Below, piece by piece: positions 1 to 9,100 of a stretch of DNA of 64,000 nucleotides (its first letter is position 1; each line of letters begins with the position of its first letter). The notes beneath the pieces were generated by a model that was not told the DNA's origin, did no database searches, and saw nothing but the letters and a program-made list of their open reading frames with translations. The position numbers were made by a program, and so were the translations under genes. This DNA comes from an uncultured Gammaproteobacteria bacterium (lineage in GTDB: Bacteria > Patescibacteriota > Patescibacteriia > UBA11705 > JABHMO01), in NCBI GenBank assembly GCA_964590105.1, contig CAZPYM010000002.1, forward strand, positions 26,697 through 90,696, written 5' to 3'.

Positions 1-536
1 GGCTCCGCCCAAATGCTTTTCGTCTCAATGCCGTGCCTTAACTTTTCTTCAACATAATAAGCGGCGTATTCTTTTGTAAAAGCATTTAAAAACACTTCGA
101 ACGACGGCACGATGGCGAAAAGTTTTTTTTCTTTGCTTTCAAATGATTTTTCCGCTAAATTTTTAATCCCGGCCGTACCGCGAAAAAACTCCACCCGCGC
201 CTCGCCGGCCGGCACTTGTTCCATTGTCGGAAAAAATGGCAATGTTTTATCCAGCTTTTTTTCAAGCGACTCCACTTCCATCGCCCGCCGATGCAAAAGC
301 GATTTTAAATGTTCCGGCGGCTCGGCTCGAAACTTCAAAACCCGGCCGGTTTTCGAAATTGAAACCAGCCCTTTCTTTTCCAGCGTTTCGAGCGCGTGAT
401 ACAGCGCCGGTCTTTTTATTTCCGTTACTTTAGCCAACTCGCCAGCGCTGATCCTGGTTTGCTTCAACGCCGCGAGATAGGCGTTACTCTCGTTTTCAGT
501 AAGGCCAAATGAATTTAAAAACTTTTTAAGCTCCAT
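1..536 (-). CDS. TrmB-family winged-helix regulator (3'-truncated by window edge)
   Basis: Not in ORF track. Manual translation from ATG 536: MELKKFLNSFGLTENESNAYLAALK...KVTEIKRPALYHALETLEKKGLVS...; open to the window edge with the same N-terminal pattern as the other TrmB ORFs. Confidence 0.85.
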   Translation of the reverse strand, partial: MELKKFLNSFGLTENESNAYLAALKQTRISAGELAKVTEIKRPALYHALETLEKKGLVSISKTGRVLKFRAEPPEHLKSLLHRRAMEVESLEKKLDKTLPFFPTMEQVPAGEARVEFFRGTAGIKNLAEKSFESKEKKLFAIVPSFEVFLNAFTKEYAAYYVEEKLRHGIETKSIWAE

Positions 537-648
537 ATAATTCCATTATACACTATTTTAAAATAATTGTCAATATACGATTGACAATAGTATATTTTAA
601 CTAAACTTATTTGTTTTAATTTTGAATAAAAAGAGCAAATAATTACCA

Positions 649-677
649 TTGACAAAATGCTGATTATTTGCTATAAT
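649..677 (+). promoter_or_regulatory. sigma70 promoter of small membrane protein cluster
   Basis: TTGACA-N17-TATAAT, perfect consensus with TG extension. Confidence 0.8.
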
Positions 678-734
678 AGTCGGTTGAAATCAAATTGATT
701 TCATGTTCATTGACAACAGCTTGCGGAGGAAACA

Positions 735-899
735 ATGAGCGCGGTAATACTTTTCTGGATCAGCTTACTGCTTACTTTCATTGCCGGAACTGCCATATGG
801 TTTGTTCCCGAGGATAACAAACCGAGAATGTCAATATTGCTTCTCGTTCCATGGACTCTACTCGCGGCAACCGTGGTGGCGAGGTATCTCGGATTATAA
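735..899 (+). CDS. small membrane protein (54 aa)
   Basis: Below ORF-track cutoff. GGAGG SD, ATG 735, TAA 897-899; MSAVILFWISLLLTFIAGTAIWF...ARYLGL with two hydrophobic segments. Confidence 0.65.
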   Translation: MSAVILFWISLLLTFIAGTAIWFVPEDNKPRMSILLLVPWTLLAATVVARYLGL

Positions 900-923
900 C
901 AATTCAACAACGGAGGAATAAAA

Positions 924-1178
924 ATGTCTAAACATAAAAATGGCTACCCCCATTGGAACATCTTTCTCTCAAAGATCGCCGGCGACATTATATTCGCTGT
1001 CCTGACTGTTTTGGCAATCAACTGGTTTATGACCGGCAACCACGGAGCGCGGGACTGGATTGGCGCCGTTGTCTGGATCGTATTGGGAAAAATAATCTCG
1101 GGGCAAGCAACGGACTTGCGAATTGACGCGGAAATCGAAAGAGCGTTTCGCGTGAGAGGTCTTGACAAGGATGACTAA
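924..1178 (+). CDS. small 2-TM membrane protein, paralog 1
   Basis: GGAGG SD; two hydrophobic helices; C-terminal ATDLRIDAEIE. Confidence 0.7.
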   Translation: MSKHKNGYPHWNIFLSKIAGDIIFAVLTVLAINWFMTGNHGARDWIGAVVWIVLGKIISGQATDLRIDAEIERAFRVRGLDKDD

Positions 1179-1239
1179 GAAAATTGGGAAAAATCAATCC
1201 ACGAAATCACGTGCCAACAACCAACAACGGAGGAATAAA

Positions 1240-1479
1240 ATGTCTGAATCTAAAAAACCCATTGGGATCTTTTAGCCGTGTTTCTTGACCATCATCGCCG
1301 ACATCGCCCTCGCCGCCGCGATTGTCTTTGTTATCGGCAAAGCGATTCCCTGCGACTTTGACTATTATCTCGGCACACTCATCTGCATGGCGCTTATGAC
1401 GCGCGACGCGGCGACGGATATGCGGATTAACATGTGGATTGAAAAAACCGCTTCGCGAAAAAACCTTGGCGAAAATTAA
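1240..1479 (+). pseudogene. small 2-TM membrane protein paralog 2 with in-frame TAG
   Basis: Same leader as 924 (caacaacggaggaataaaa-ATGTCT). Reads MSESKKPIGIF*PCFLTIIADIAL... with TAG at 1273-1275; C-terminal ATDMRINMWIE resembles paralog 1. Confidence 0.55.
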
Positions 1480-1494
1480 CCTCGGGAGGCAAAA

Positions 1495-1731
1495 ATGGCT
1501 AAATCATCAAATACAAAACCTTATTTACTACTATCTGCGTTCTGCTTCACCTTCTGTCTCGGTAATGCTTTTTGGCTTACAACTTTCGCCGATGTTTTTA
1601 ATTACATCCTTGCGGCCAGCTGGGCGTTCATAGGGTGCGTTAATTTATCGTTGAGTATCACGGACTATGTGGACGAAAAAATCAAAGCGGCGCTTCGCCC
1701 GCAAGACTTGGACAGTGGAGATGCGAAATGA
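1495..1731 (+). CDS. small 2-TM membrane protein
   Basis: GGAGG SD; two hydrophobic segments; charged tail loosely like the 924 ORF. Confidence 0.7.
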   Translation: MAKSSNTKPYLLLSAFCFTFCLGNAFWLTTFADVFNYILAASWAFIGCVNLSLSITDYVDEKIKAALRPQDLDSGDAK

Positions 1732-1967
1732 AAGATCAAACCCACCTCACCATCTTTTGGATTTCCATGATCGGCGCCGCAATCACGCTGACACTCCACT
1801 GCTTGCCGTTTACTCTCGCGTTCTTCGCGCTTGGCATCGGTTTCACTGTCGCGTTCAACTGTTTAACCCGCTATTCGGTCAACATCCAACTCGTTTTGAT
1901 CATAGAATTTGTACTGGCAGTAATCATCCTTGGCGCGATTACCTACAAAAAACGCAAAAACTACTAG
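1728..1967 (+). CDS. small 3-TM membrane protein
   Basis: ATGA overlap with the upstream gene; hydrophobic with basic C-terminus. Confidence 0.7.
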   Translation: MKDQTHLTIFWISMIGAAITLTLHCLPFTLAFFALGIGFTVAFNCLTRYSVNIQLVLIIEFVLAVIILGAITYKKRKNY

Positions 1968-1989
1968 ACCTAAACATCCCCAGCAAAAC

Positions 1990-2022
1990 AGCCCGCGGAT
2001 AAATCACGCGGGCTCTTTTTTT
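1990..2022 (+). terminator. intrinsic terminator
   Basis: agcccgcg...cgcgggct stem followed by a T-run. Confidence 0.75.
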
Positions 2023-2279
2023 AACATTATTCAATCATGACCGAAAAGCGGCCAGCGCTTCTTTGCCGTCTAATCGGGACATCAAAGTTGCGCCAAATTT
2101 TTTCAAATAAATATTCCGATTTAGATCCATTAGATTTTTATTTCATTCACAATATATTAAATCTACCCATTTTTGCAAATCTATGCAAATCGTCAAGTAA
2201 TCTATGCACGCTCTATTTTTATTAAATAAAATTTAATTAAAAAAGCCCGGTGAATCGTCACCGAGCTTCTTTGTTTGAA

Positions 2280-2876
2280 TCAGAGACCAATCTTCAAGCC
2301 GATCAATGTTCGAGCAAAGTCAAATTCAGTCTCTTCGGAATTAAGTGGCACCCAGGCCACCCAGGCAGTCATTTCCCAAAAGTTAAATTCCACCACCGGC
2401 CCGACTCCGGCCGGCCGGCGGTCTTTCACGCCGAGCGTCAGCCATTCCAGAGTTTTTACCCGCAATGTCAGATCGTACCAGACTTGCGAATCATCGCCAT
2501 CATAGGCAAGCCGTCCAACTTCCACCTGCCCGGTGAAGTTCACGCGTCCATTTTTCAGCCCGAGCAGATACGCTGTTTGAAGATCCATTCCCTCCGGCCC
2601 CTGCCGGCCACCGAGCGAAACTCCCAGTTGCAACCAATCAACCGGCTGCCAGATCGGGCCAAAATGCGCCTGCGCCCAGCCACTGTTCATGAGCGTGAAA
2701 AACCGCAGACTGAAATTCTCATTCAGCTTTACGGCCGCGCCCGCGTCAATGATCAGCTTGTCATGAACTTCCGGCGTCATGGTTTGCGTTTCGAAGAAAG
2801 CGCTGATTTGCGCCTGGGCCATTACCGGCAACAGCAAACACACAATAGAACCCAACACTGCCAAATACTTTGTCAT
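2280..2876 (-). CDS. secreted protein, predicted beta-barrel-like
   Basis: Signal peptide (...VMAQA), then alternating hydrophobic/polar Trp-rich strands; ends LIGLKIGL; AAGGAGG SD. Confidence 0.65.
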   Translation of the reverse strand: MTKYLAVLGSIVCLLLPVMAQAQISAFFETQTMTPEVHDKLIIDAGAAVKLNENFSLRFFTLMNSGWAQAHFGPIWQPVDWLQLGVSLGGRQGPEGMDLQTAYLLGLKNGRVNFTGQVEVGRLAYDGDDSQVWYDLTLRVKTLEWLTLGVKDRRPAGVGPVVEFNFWEMTAWVAWVPLNSEETEFDFARTLIGLKIGL

Positions 2877-2995
2877 TCTCCCCTCCTTAACGCGTTATTG
2901 CGCTTTTCCATTTTCACCATCACCCACCAAATCAAAAAAACAAATATTGCCGACATCACAAGAATCACAATCAATTCGGCTCCCGCCGTGAACAT
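2873..2995 (-). CDS. small single-TM protein (40 aa)
   Basis: Not in ORF track. GGAGGTG SD; MFTAGAELIVILVMSAIFVFLIWWVMVKMEKRNNALRRGE; stop overlaps the next start (ATGA). Confidence 0.65.
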   Translation of the reverse strand: MFTAGAELIVILVMSAIFVFLIWWVMVKMEKRNNALRRGE

Positions 2996-3007
2996 GAAAC
3001 ACCTCCA

Positions 3008-3301
3008 CTATTCTCGTTTCCGAATCAACCGAACCGCGATGGCAATCAGCGCTCCGACAAACAAAATTGCCAGAAATCCAATTGCGCTAAACCCGCTCAT
3101 TCGATACATTGAATAAAGACAAGCGGCCAAAGGCGCAATCGCGCAAAGGTGCAATGCAAACAGAAGCCAACGCATCTCAAACTTAATGCGCGGTTGTATC
3201 TTGTCCTCGTATTTCTGGACAAGATATATCGTCCACCAAATAATCGAATAAATTGCAAACCAGAAAAACACCATGCCCCAAAGACCAATGAGTTGCGCCA
3301 T
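3008..3301 (-). CDS. small 3-TM membrane protein
   Basis: GAGGAGG SD; three hydrophobic segments; promoter TTGACA-N17-TATAAT at 3445..3417 (-). Confidence 0.7.
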   Translation of the reverse strand: MAQLIGLWGMVFFWFAIYSIIWWTIYLVQKYEDKIQPRIKFEMRWLLFALHLCAIAPLAACLYSMYRMSGFSAIGFLAILFVGALIAIAVRLIRKRE

Positions 3302-3658
3302 AATTTTCCTCCTCGTGAATCTCGAGCCCTGAGCTTACTTCTCGACCATGAGCTCGAAGCTGAATGGTCGAAGGGTCTAAAGGTATTGTTATTGTCAAAG
3401 TTCTATTTAATTCTGGATTATATCATACAAAAAATGACGTGTCAAGTATTTTAATCTAAATTTAGTCAAAATTAGTCACAAAACATTAGACAGCGCGAAT
3501 ATTCTCTTGACGTGTTTGTTTAATTTTGCCATAATACGAGTGTCATAAAATAAATGATAATTACCCAAACCCCGCATGTAATTTCTCGAATCCTCGTCGC
3601 TCGAAATGACAATACGGGGGAATACCCCGTTTATTCCGCCACCTACGCAAAATAAAAT

Positions 3659-6427
3659 ATGCTGGAACAAAACCTCAAACAACTCGACTTCACCCCCAAC
3701 GAAATAAAAGTATATTTGGCTCTTTTCGCGATCGGCAAATCCAGAGCCGGAAAAATAATTGCTTCAACCGGCCTGCATAGAAATCTTGTTTACACTTCTT
3801 TGGAAACATTGGAAAAAAGAAATCTGATAACAAAAGTCTTAGTCAAGGGCGTAGCCGAATTTTCCGCCAATTCACCAACCTCCTTAATTGATGAAATTGA
3901 AAACAAAAAACAGCTCGCCCGTCAGGCGGCCGATGAATTGGAAAAACTCGCCAAACACGAGGAGCGCGACATAAAAATTTACGAAGGCCTCGACGGTATC
4001 AAGCAAGCCCGGTCAAATATTTTGAACTTGCCAAAAGGCAGTGAATTTTTTGTTTTAGGCGCCAGCAAGCTGAGCCAAACTCCGAAACTAGAAAATTTCT
4101 GGCGCGCCTTTCATAAAAAAAGGGAAGCAAAAGGAATAAAACAAAAAACGCTTTATGAAAGCACCACGGATCAAGGGGTTTTGGACAGCATCAAATGGCG
4201 CAATCAACTGCCAAATATGAAAACCAGGTTTTTGCCGTTTGAAATTGATTCCCCCCTTTGGTTTGACTTTGCCGAAGACCACGTCAATCTCGGCCTTGCC
4301 GGCAAAGACCCTCTGACAATCAACATCAAAAGCCGCGATCTGGCCAACGGCTTCAAAAAGTATTTTGAATATTTCTGGGATCAGCGCGTCCGGGTCAAAA
4401 CCGGCGTGGCCGCGGTCAAAGAAGCAATTTACGAACAGCTTAATTCTTTGGCGCCCGGCCAGGAATATCTTATTCTCGGCGCCAAGGGAGCGGATTATCC
4501 CGAGGGCATAGACGAGCTATATGACGAATTCCATACTGACCGCATTAAAAAAGGCGTTGTTACAAAAATGATTTGTTATGAAGAATCTTATGAAGGCCTG
4601 AAAAAACGATTTGAAAAATGCGGCGACATCGAAGGCAAAATTAGTTTTTTGAAAAAATATGCTTCCGGAACCCCGATCCCGATGCAGATCAACATGTACA
4701 AAAATAAAACCTTTTTTATTTTGTACGAAAAAACACCGGTTGTGATTTATTTTGACAACCCGATTATTTTCCAGACCTTTAATAATTATTTTAATGATAT
4801 CTGGAATCAAAAAGTTCATACTCACACCGGATTCAAGGCTCTGCATGACGCATTTTATAATATGATAAACGAACTTGGACCAGGGGAAGAATATTATGTT
4901 CTTGGCACAATGGGTCACGGCCTAGACAAAAAAATTGAAGATTTTTTTGATAAATATCACAACGACCGAATAAAGAAAAAAATTAATTTAAAAATGCTTT
5001 GCTACGAAGAATCATTTACGCCAATTTCTAAACGTTTTCAAAGAGAAGATCCGGAAAATAAATTTACCCAGCTGAAAATTTACCACGAATCTCCGCCCGC
5101 GCCAATGCAAATTGTGCTTTATAAACAAAAAGCTTTTATTACAATTTACGATGGCCACGACACAACCGTAATCCATTTTGACGAACCAAACGCGTACGCC
5201 GGATTTAAAAATCATTTTGACAAAGCCTGGGATCAGCGCGCCAAAACATATGAAGGAGTCGAACAAATAAAAAGACTTTTCATGGAAACCATGGAATTCG
5301 GCAATTATTCTGTTTTTGCCGAAGGCATGAAAATAATTGACGTGCTGGGCGAAGGGTTTTTTACCAGATGGCAAAAAGAAAAACAAAAACGCGGCACTAA
5401 ATCCCGCGGCATTATGAACGCCAGATTCAAAAGCCAGCCGACCGTCACCAAATCGATTACTCAAATGAAATTTATTCCCGGTTACACTGCGCCGGGCGTA
5501 ACTCTGATATTCAAAGACAAAGTGGCCAGCATTAATTTTTCAAAAAATCCGACCGCTTTTTTAATCGAAGACGCTGAAATTGCCCGAAGCAACCAATCCT
5601 ACTTTGATTTATTGTGGAATCAAAAAATTATAACCAGCGAAGGACAAAAAGAAGTTGAGCAACTCTACAACAATCTATTAGAAACAGCCAATTCGCAAGA
5701 TAAAGTTATGGTCTTTGCGGCCAAGCCATCTTCAGAGTCTTCGGCAAATTTCAATCTTGAATGGAATAAAAAAATCAGTAAAAAAACAAAAGGAGTCCGC
5801 CTGCTTTATTACGGCAATACCGGCCGGAACAGAGAGCGAGCTCAGGAATTGACCAAGGTCGGCTGTCAAGCTAAAACCTTGCCAACTGAACAAGAATTGC
5901 CCATCTCAACAATTATCATTGGCGATAAAATTTTAAGCACCGTCTGGAACAAAAAACCAATCGCTTTTTATATGAAGGATGAAACAACGGCCGCGGCTTA
6001 TAAAGAGAATTTTGAATTACTCTGGAATCAGGAAACTTTCGTATTAAAGGGCCTGGACGCGATTGAATATCTTTTTGAAGAAATGCTAGCCGCCGGACAC
6101 GCAGATCTGATCGGCGCCCGCGGATATTTCATTGACCGCCGGCCAGAATTCATTGACGACTGGGAAAAACGAGCCCGGCGCGCTGGCTTTACCATGCGCA
6201 ACATTGTGGATCCCGGACTACGCGGACATCGCATTACAAAATTTCCTTTTGCCAAGACAAAATATACGCTTAACAAAGAATTTTCCAACTTGAGCGTGTT
6301 CTGGATTTTTGGAGACAAATTGGCCATCAGCAACTGGACGGAGAAAGAGCCCTTTGCCATAATCATTGACAACAAACATGTGCACGATATGTATAAGCAA
6401 CAATTTGAATTGTTGTGGAGAAATTAG
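3659..6427 (+). CDS. TrmB-family regulator with six tandem C-terminal effector (PLD-like) domains
   Basis: N-terminal LKQLDFTPNEIKVYLAL...HRNLVYTSLETLEKRNLI wHTH. Six ~130-140 aa units end FEYFWDQ / FNDIWNQ / FDKAWDQ / FDLLWNQ / FELLWNQ / FELLWRN. Confidence 0.85.
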   Translation: MLEQNLKQLDFTPNEIKVYLALFAIGKSRAGKIIASTGLHRNLVYTSLETLEKRNLITKVLVKGVAEFSANSPTSLIDEIENKKQLARQAADELEKLAKHEERDIKIYEGLDGIKQARSNILNLPKGSEFFVLGASKLSQTPKLENFWRAFHKKREAKGIKQKTLYESTTDQGVLDSIKWRNQLPNMKTRFLPFEIDSPLWFDFAEDHVNLGLAGKDPLTINIKSRDLANGFKKYFEYFWDQRVRVKTGVAAVKEAIYEQLNSLAPGQEYLILGAKGADYPEGIDELYDEFHTDRIKKGVVTKMICYEESYEGLKKRFEKCGDIEGKISFLKKYASGTPIPMQINMYKNKTFFILYEKTPVVIYFDNPIIFQTFNNYFNDIWNQKVHTHTGFKALHDAFYNMINELGPGEEYYVLGTMGHGLDKKIEDFFDKYHNDRIKKKINLKMLCYEESFTPISKRFQREDPENKFTQLKIYHESPPAPMQIVLYKQKAFITIYDGHDTTVIHFDEPNAYAGFKNHFDKAWDQRAKTYEGVEQIKRLFMETMEFGNYSVFAEGMKIIDVLGEGFFTRWQKEKQKRGTKSRGIMNARFKSQPTVTKSITQMKFIPGYTAPGVTLIFKDKVASINFSKNPTAFLIEDAEIARSNQSYFDLLWNQKIITSEGQKEVEQLYNNLLETANSQDKVMVFAAKPSSESSANFNLEWNKKISKKTKGVRLLYYGNTGRNRERAQELTKVGCQAKTLPTEQELPISTIIIGDKILSTVWNKKPIAFYMKDETTAAAYKENFELLWNQETFVLKGLDAIEYLFEEMLAAGHADLIGARGYFIDRRPEFIDDWEKRARRAGFTMRNIVDPGLRGHRITKFPFAKTKYTLNKEFSNLSVFWIFGDKLAISNWTEKEPFAIIIDNKHVHDMYKQQFELLWRN

Positions 6428-6428
6428 C

Positions 6429-6467
6429 TTGACACAAAGTTCAACTTAAGTCATACTTAAGATGAAC
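6429..6467 (+). promoter_or_regulatory. TA promoter with overlapping palindromic operator
   Basis: TTGACA(6429)-N17-CATACT; 13-bp inverted repeat gttcaacttaagt-cat-acttaagatgaac (1 mismatch). Confidence 0.7.
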
Positions 6468-6497
6468 CTATGTATAAAATATAATGTACCAAAAAGT

Positions 6498-6707
6498 ATG
6501 ACTATCATTGGACTAAAAGATCTACGCCAAAACGTAGACAAATATTCCAAAAAAATTCAGAATGGCGAATCCTTTATTGTAATGAAACGCTCATTGCCCC
6601 TTTTTAAAATCTCACCTGTTAACGACGGGCCATGGGAAGAGCTGATTGATTTCACAAAAATAAAAAAAGGCGGTGTTGATATTAAAGAGTTGTTAAAACG
6701 TCTTTAA
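6498..6707 (+). CDS. Phd/YefM-family antitoxin
   Basis: MTIIGLKDLRQNVDKY...GESFIVMKRSLPLFKISP Phd-like pattern; start moved to 6498, downstream of the promoter. Confidence 0.8.
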   Translation: MTIIGLKDLRQNVDKYSKKIQNGESFIVMKRSLPLFKISPVNDGPWEELIDFTKIKKGGVDIKELLKRL

Positions 6708-6710
6708 TGT

Positions 6711-6950
6711 ATGGTTGATAAAATCACCAAAGCAGTACAAAAATTATTAGACAAAGACAAGAAAAAAATAAAAGCCCTTTTACAAAACATTCAAAATGGA
6801 GAGTTATTGAATTTAGATATTAAAAAGCTTAAAGGGAGAAATGACGTTTACCGAGTTAGAAAAGGAAACATTCGAATACTTTTTCATAAAACAGAACAGT
6901 CTATAAAAATTTTAGCTGTTGAAAATAGAACAGACACTACCTACAACTAA
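6711..6950 (+). CDS. RelE/ParE-family toxin
   Basis: DIKKLKG...YRVRKGNIRILF...ILAVENR RelE pattern; directly after the antitoxin. Confidence 0.85.
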   Translation: MVDKITKAVQKLLDKDKKKIKALLQNIQNGELLNLDIKKLKGRNDVYRVRKGNIRILFHKTEQSIKILAVENRTDTTYN

Positions 6951-6956
6951 TTCTAT

Positions 6957-6988
6957 AAAAAAAACGCTCTCACTCGAGAGCGTTTTTT
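6957..6988. terminator. bidirectional intrinsic terminator
   Basis: A-run cgctctc-actc-gagagcg T-run between convergent genes. Confidence 0.8.
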
Positions 6989-7000
6989 AGATTATCAAGA

Positions 7001-8452
7001 TTATTTCAAATGATAATAAAACTTTTCCATCAGGGTCTTCTTTGGCATTAACAAACAAAAGCCCGTGCTGACCGCCACAATAAATAGTGTCGCGCCTACA
7101 ATCCAGACTGGATTGTCAATTATATTACTGTAAACAAACAATGGGATTCCGATTACAAACGCACTCAATACTCCCCAAAAAACTCCCTTTTCACTTAGTC
7201 GTTCCCAATACAGACTCAAAACAGTCGGTACCATGATACAGGCGGCAACGGTATTAAACACCCACCACAAATGCTTCAAGCCAAAACCAGGAATATACAA
7301 AGCGCCGAGCGCAACTAATAAACCAAGAGACGTGATTCCAACCATTGCCAGGCGAGCTGATCGAATCGACCGGCCATCAGATTGATTTTTAACCACATCC
7401 GTAACCCAAAGAGAGCTGGCGGCTGACAAACCTGAATCAAGAGTTGAACTCAAACCGCACAAAAGCATTATCACAAACAAAAGCACTGCTCCCGCCGGCA
7501 ATAAATTGGCTACTGTCTGCACGCCGATCATAGAGACGTCCACTCCCGCCGGCAAACTAATTCCAAGCGCTGGATTGGCGCCAAGAAATCCCAGAGTTGA
7601 AAGTGCGATCGGAACTATTCCAAATAGAATCGCGCCAAAAACAAACGATTTAACAAGCTTTGTTTTTTTAATGGCAAATGCCCTCTGCCAATACTGCTGG
7701 TCGGAAATCGCTCCGGCAATGAGGCCGATTGAGGTGACAATTCCAAAAGAAAAAGCCACGCCCGGATCAAAAATATTTTTTATTCCGGCTAAACCACCAA
7801 AGCCCGCGCTAATCGCGCTAAATCCGCCGGCCGCTGACCAGACCCACGGCAAAACTATTGCGCCAATCGTAAAAATCATAGCCAGCTGAACAAAGTCAGT
7901 AATAATTGAAGCTTTTAATCCGGAAACCAAAGTGTACACCAAAGCAATTACCGCTAGGATCGGCATTACAATTGTCAAAGGAATTCCGGTTAACATTAAG
8001 ACCAAGCTTCCACCCGCAAAAAGCTGAACTGTCACGGCCATTAGCTGATAAAGAAAATACGGAAACAAGTAAACCTTATGAACGCGTTCACTTTGCAATT
8101 TAAACTTAATATACTGCGGCAAAGTATAGCCCTCGGGCAAACGTTCGCGAATCTTTGGCGCTAGAAAGGCAAACAGAGCCAAAGCAATTACATTGGGCAA
8201 AGTAAACCAGAAAATTCCAGCCAAACCTTTTTCATATGCCATTTGAACTGAAACAAATAAGGCCGGCGCCCAAATCCAGGAGGCGGCAATACTTGATCCG
8301 CCAAAGATCCAACCAACTTTTCGGTTGGCAACTAAAAAACCTTCTTTTGAATTGTCTTTTTGTAGCCTGGCAAAAACATAAGTGATTGCCAGCATAGCTA
8401 ATCCGAAAATTGCTAGAAATAGATAGCCGGTTGTTGATGATACGAATGTCAT
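7001..8452 (-). CDS. sodium:solute symporter family protein (DUR3/urea-transporter-like)
   Basis: FLVANR, ASWIWAPAL, SGLKASIITDFVQL, DQQYWQRAFA, LSSTLDS motifs; ~13 TM. Confidence 0.85.
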   Translation of the reverse strand: MTFVSSTTGYLFLAIFGLAMLAITYVFARLQKDNSKEGFLVANRKVGWIFGGSSIAASWIWAPALFVSVQMAYEKGLAGIFWFTLPNVIALALFAFLAPKIRERLPEGYTLPQYIKFKLQSERVHKVYLFPYFLYQLMAVTVQLFAGGSLVLMLTGIPLTIVMPILAVIALVYTLVSGLKASIITDFVQLAMIFTIGAIVLPWVWSAAGGFSAISAGFGGLAGIKNIFDPGVAFSFGIVTSIGLIAGAISDQQYWQRAFAIKKTKLVKSFVFGAILFGIVPIALSTLGFLGANPALGISLPAGVDVSMIGVQTVANLLPAGAVLLFVIMLLCGLSSTLDSGLSAASSLWVTDVVKNQSDGRSIRSARLAMVGITSLGLLVALGALYIPGFGLKHLWWVFNTVAACIMVPTVLSLYWERLSEKGVFWGVLSAFVIGIPLFVYSNIIDNPVWIVGATLFIVAVSTGFCLLMPKKTLMEKFYYHLK

Positions 8453-8672
8453 AGAATTGATATTATTAAACTGTTAAATTGATAATTGCCTTGAATCATG
8501 AAACGCAACACGCATTTCACAGTTCAAAGTAATTAATGAATTGAATGTCAGGCGGGATCTCGAACGATGTCGAGAGAGCCCGCCTGACTTTTTTGCTACG
8601 CTAATACAATTTTGCAATCTCAGTCGCATCAACTATCTAAACATCTAGAGACATTCAAGATTTGTTACTTCA

Positions 8673-8927
8673 TCATCTCAAGCACTTTAACCATTCCTCC
8701 CTTTTTCCGATCTCCCTTGCTACAAATCGTAACTCCCACTCTGACTTGCAGCTTCTGTAAACCTCTCTTAAAAAATCGATTTCTATCTTCTTTTCAAACT
8801 TTTCGATCTCGCTTTTGACTTCACGGGCTTCCTTGAACTCCTTTAATAGATCAAATACCCAAGGCAAAAGAGGCATATAAAACATAATAACAAGCACAAA
8901 TAAGATTCCAATCTCTTTCATTTCCAT
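8673..8927 (-). CDS. hypothetical membrane-anchored protein
   Basis: AGGAGAGG SD before ATG 8927 (MEMKEIGILFVLV...); N-terminal TM. Confidence 0.55.
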   Translation of the reverse strand: MEMKEIGILFVLVIMFYMPLLPWVFDLLKEFKEAREVKSEIEKFEKKIEIDFLREVYRSCKSEWELRFVAREIGKREEWLKCLR

Positions 8928-9100
8928 TTTTCCTCTCCTTATTAAAGTTATAAAGAACATTGAATCATTTGTAATCTGTACCAATCAAAAAACAGCGGCT
9001 TGACAACCACTGTTTGATATAGTATTATAGCATATATAAAATGAGTGGTCAATACCACCACAAGATACGGTAGTAAATTGAGCCAAATAAATAAATTAAT

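Noticed and set aside
2250-3116. 288-aa + strand ORF
   Set aside because: Antisense shadow of the SD-led, translationally coupled - strand genes
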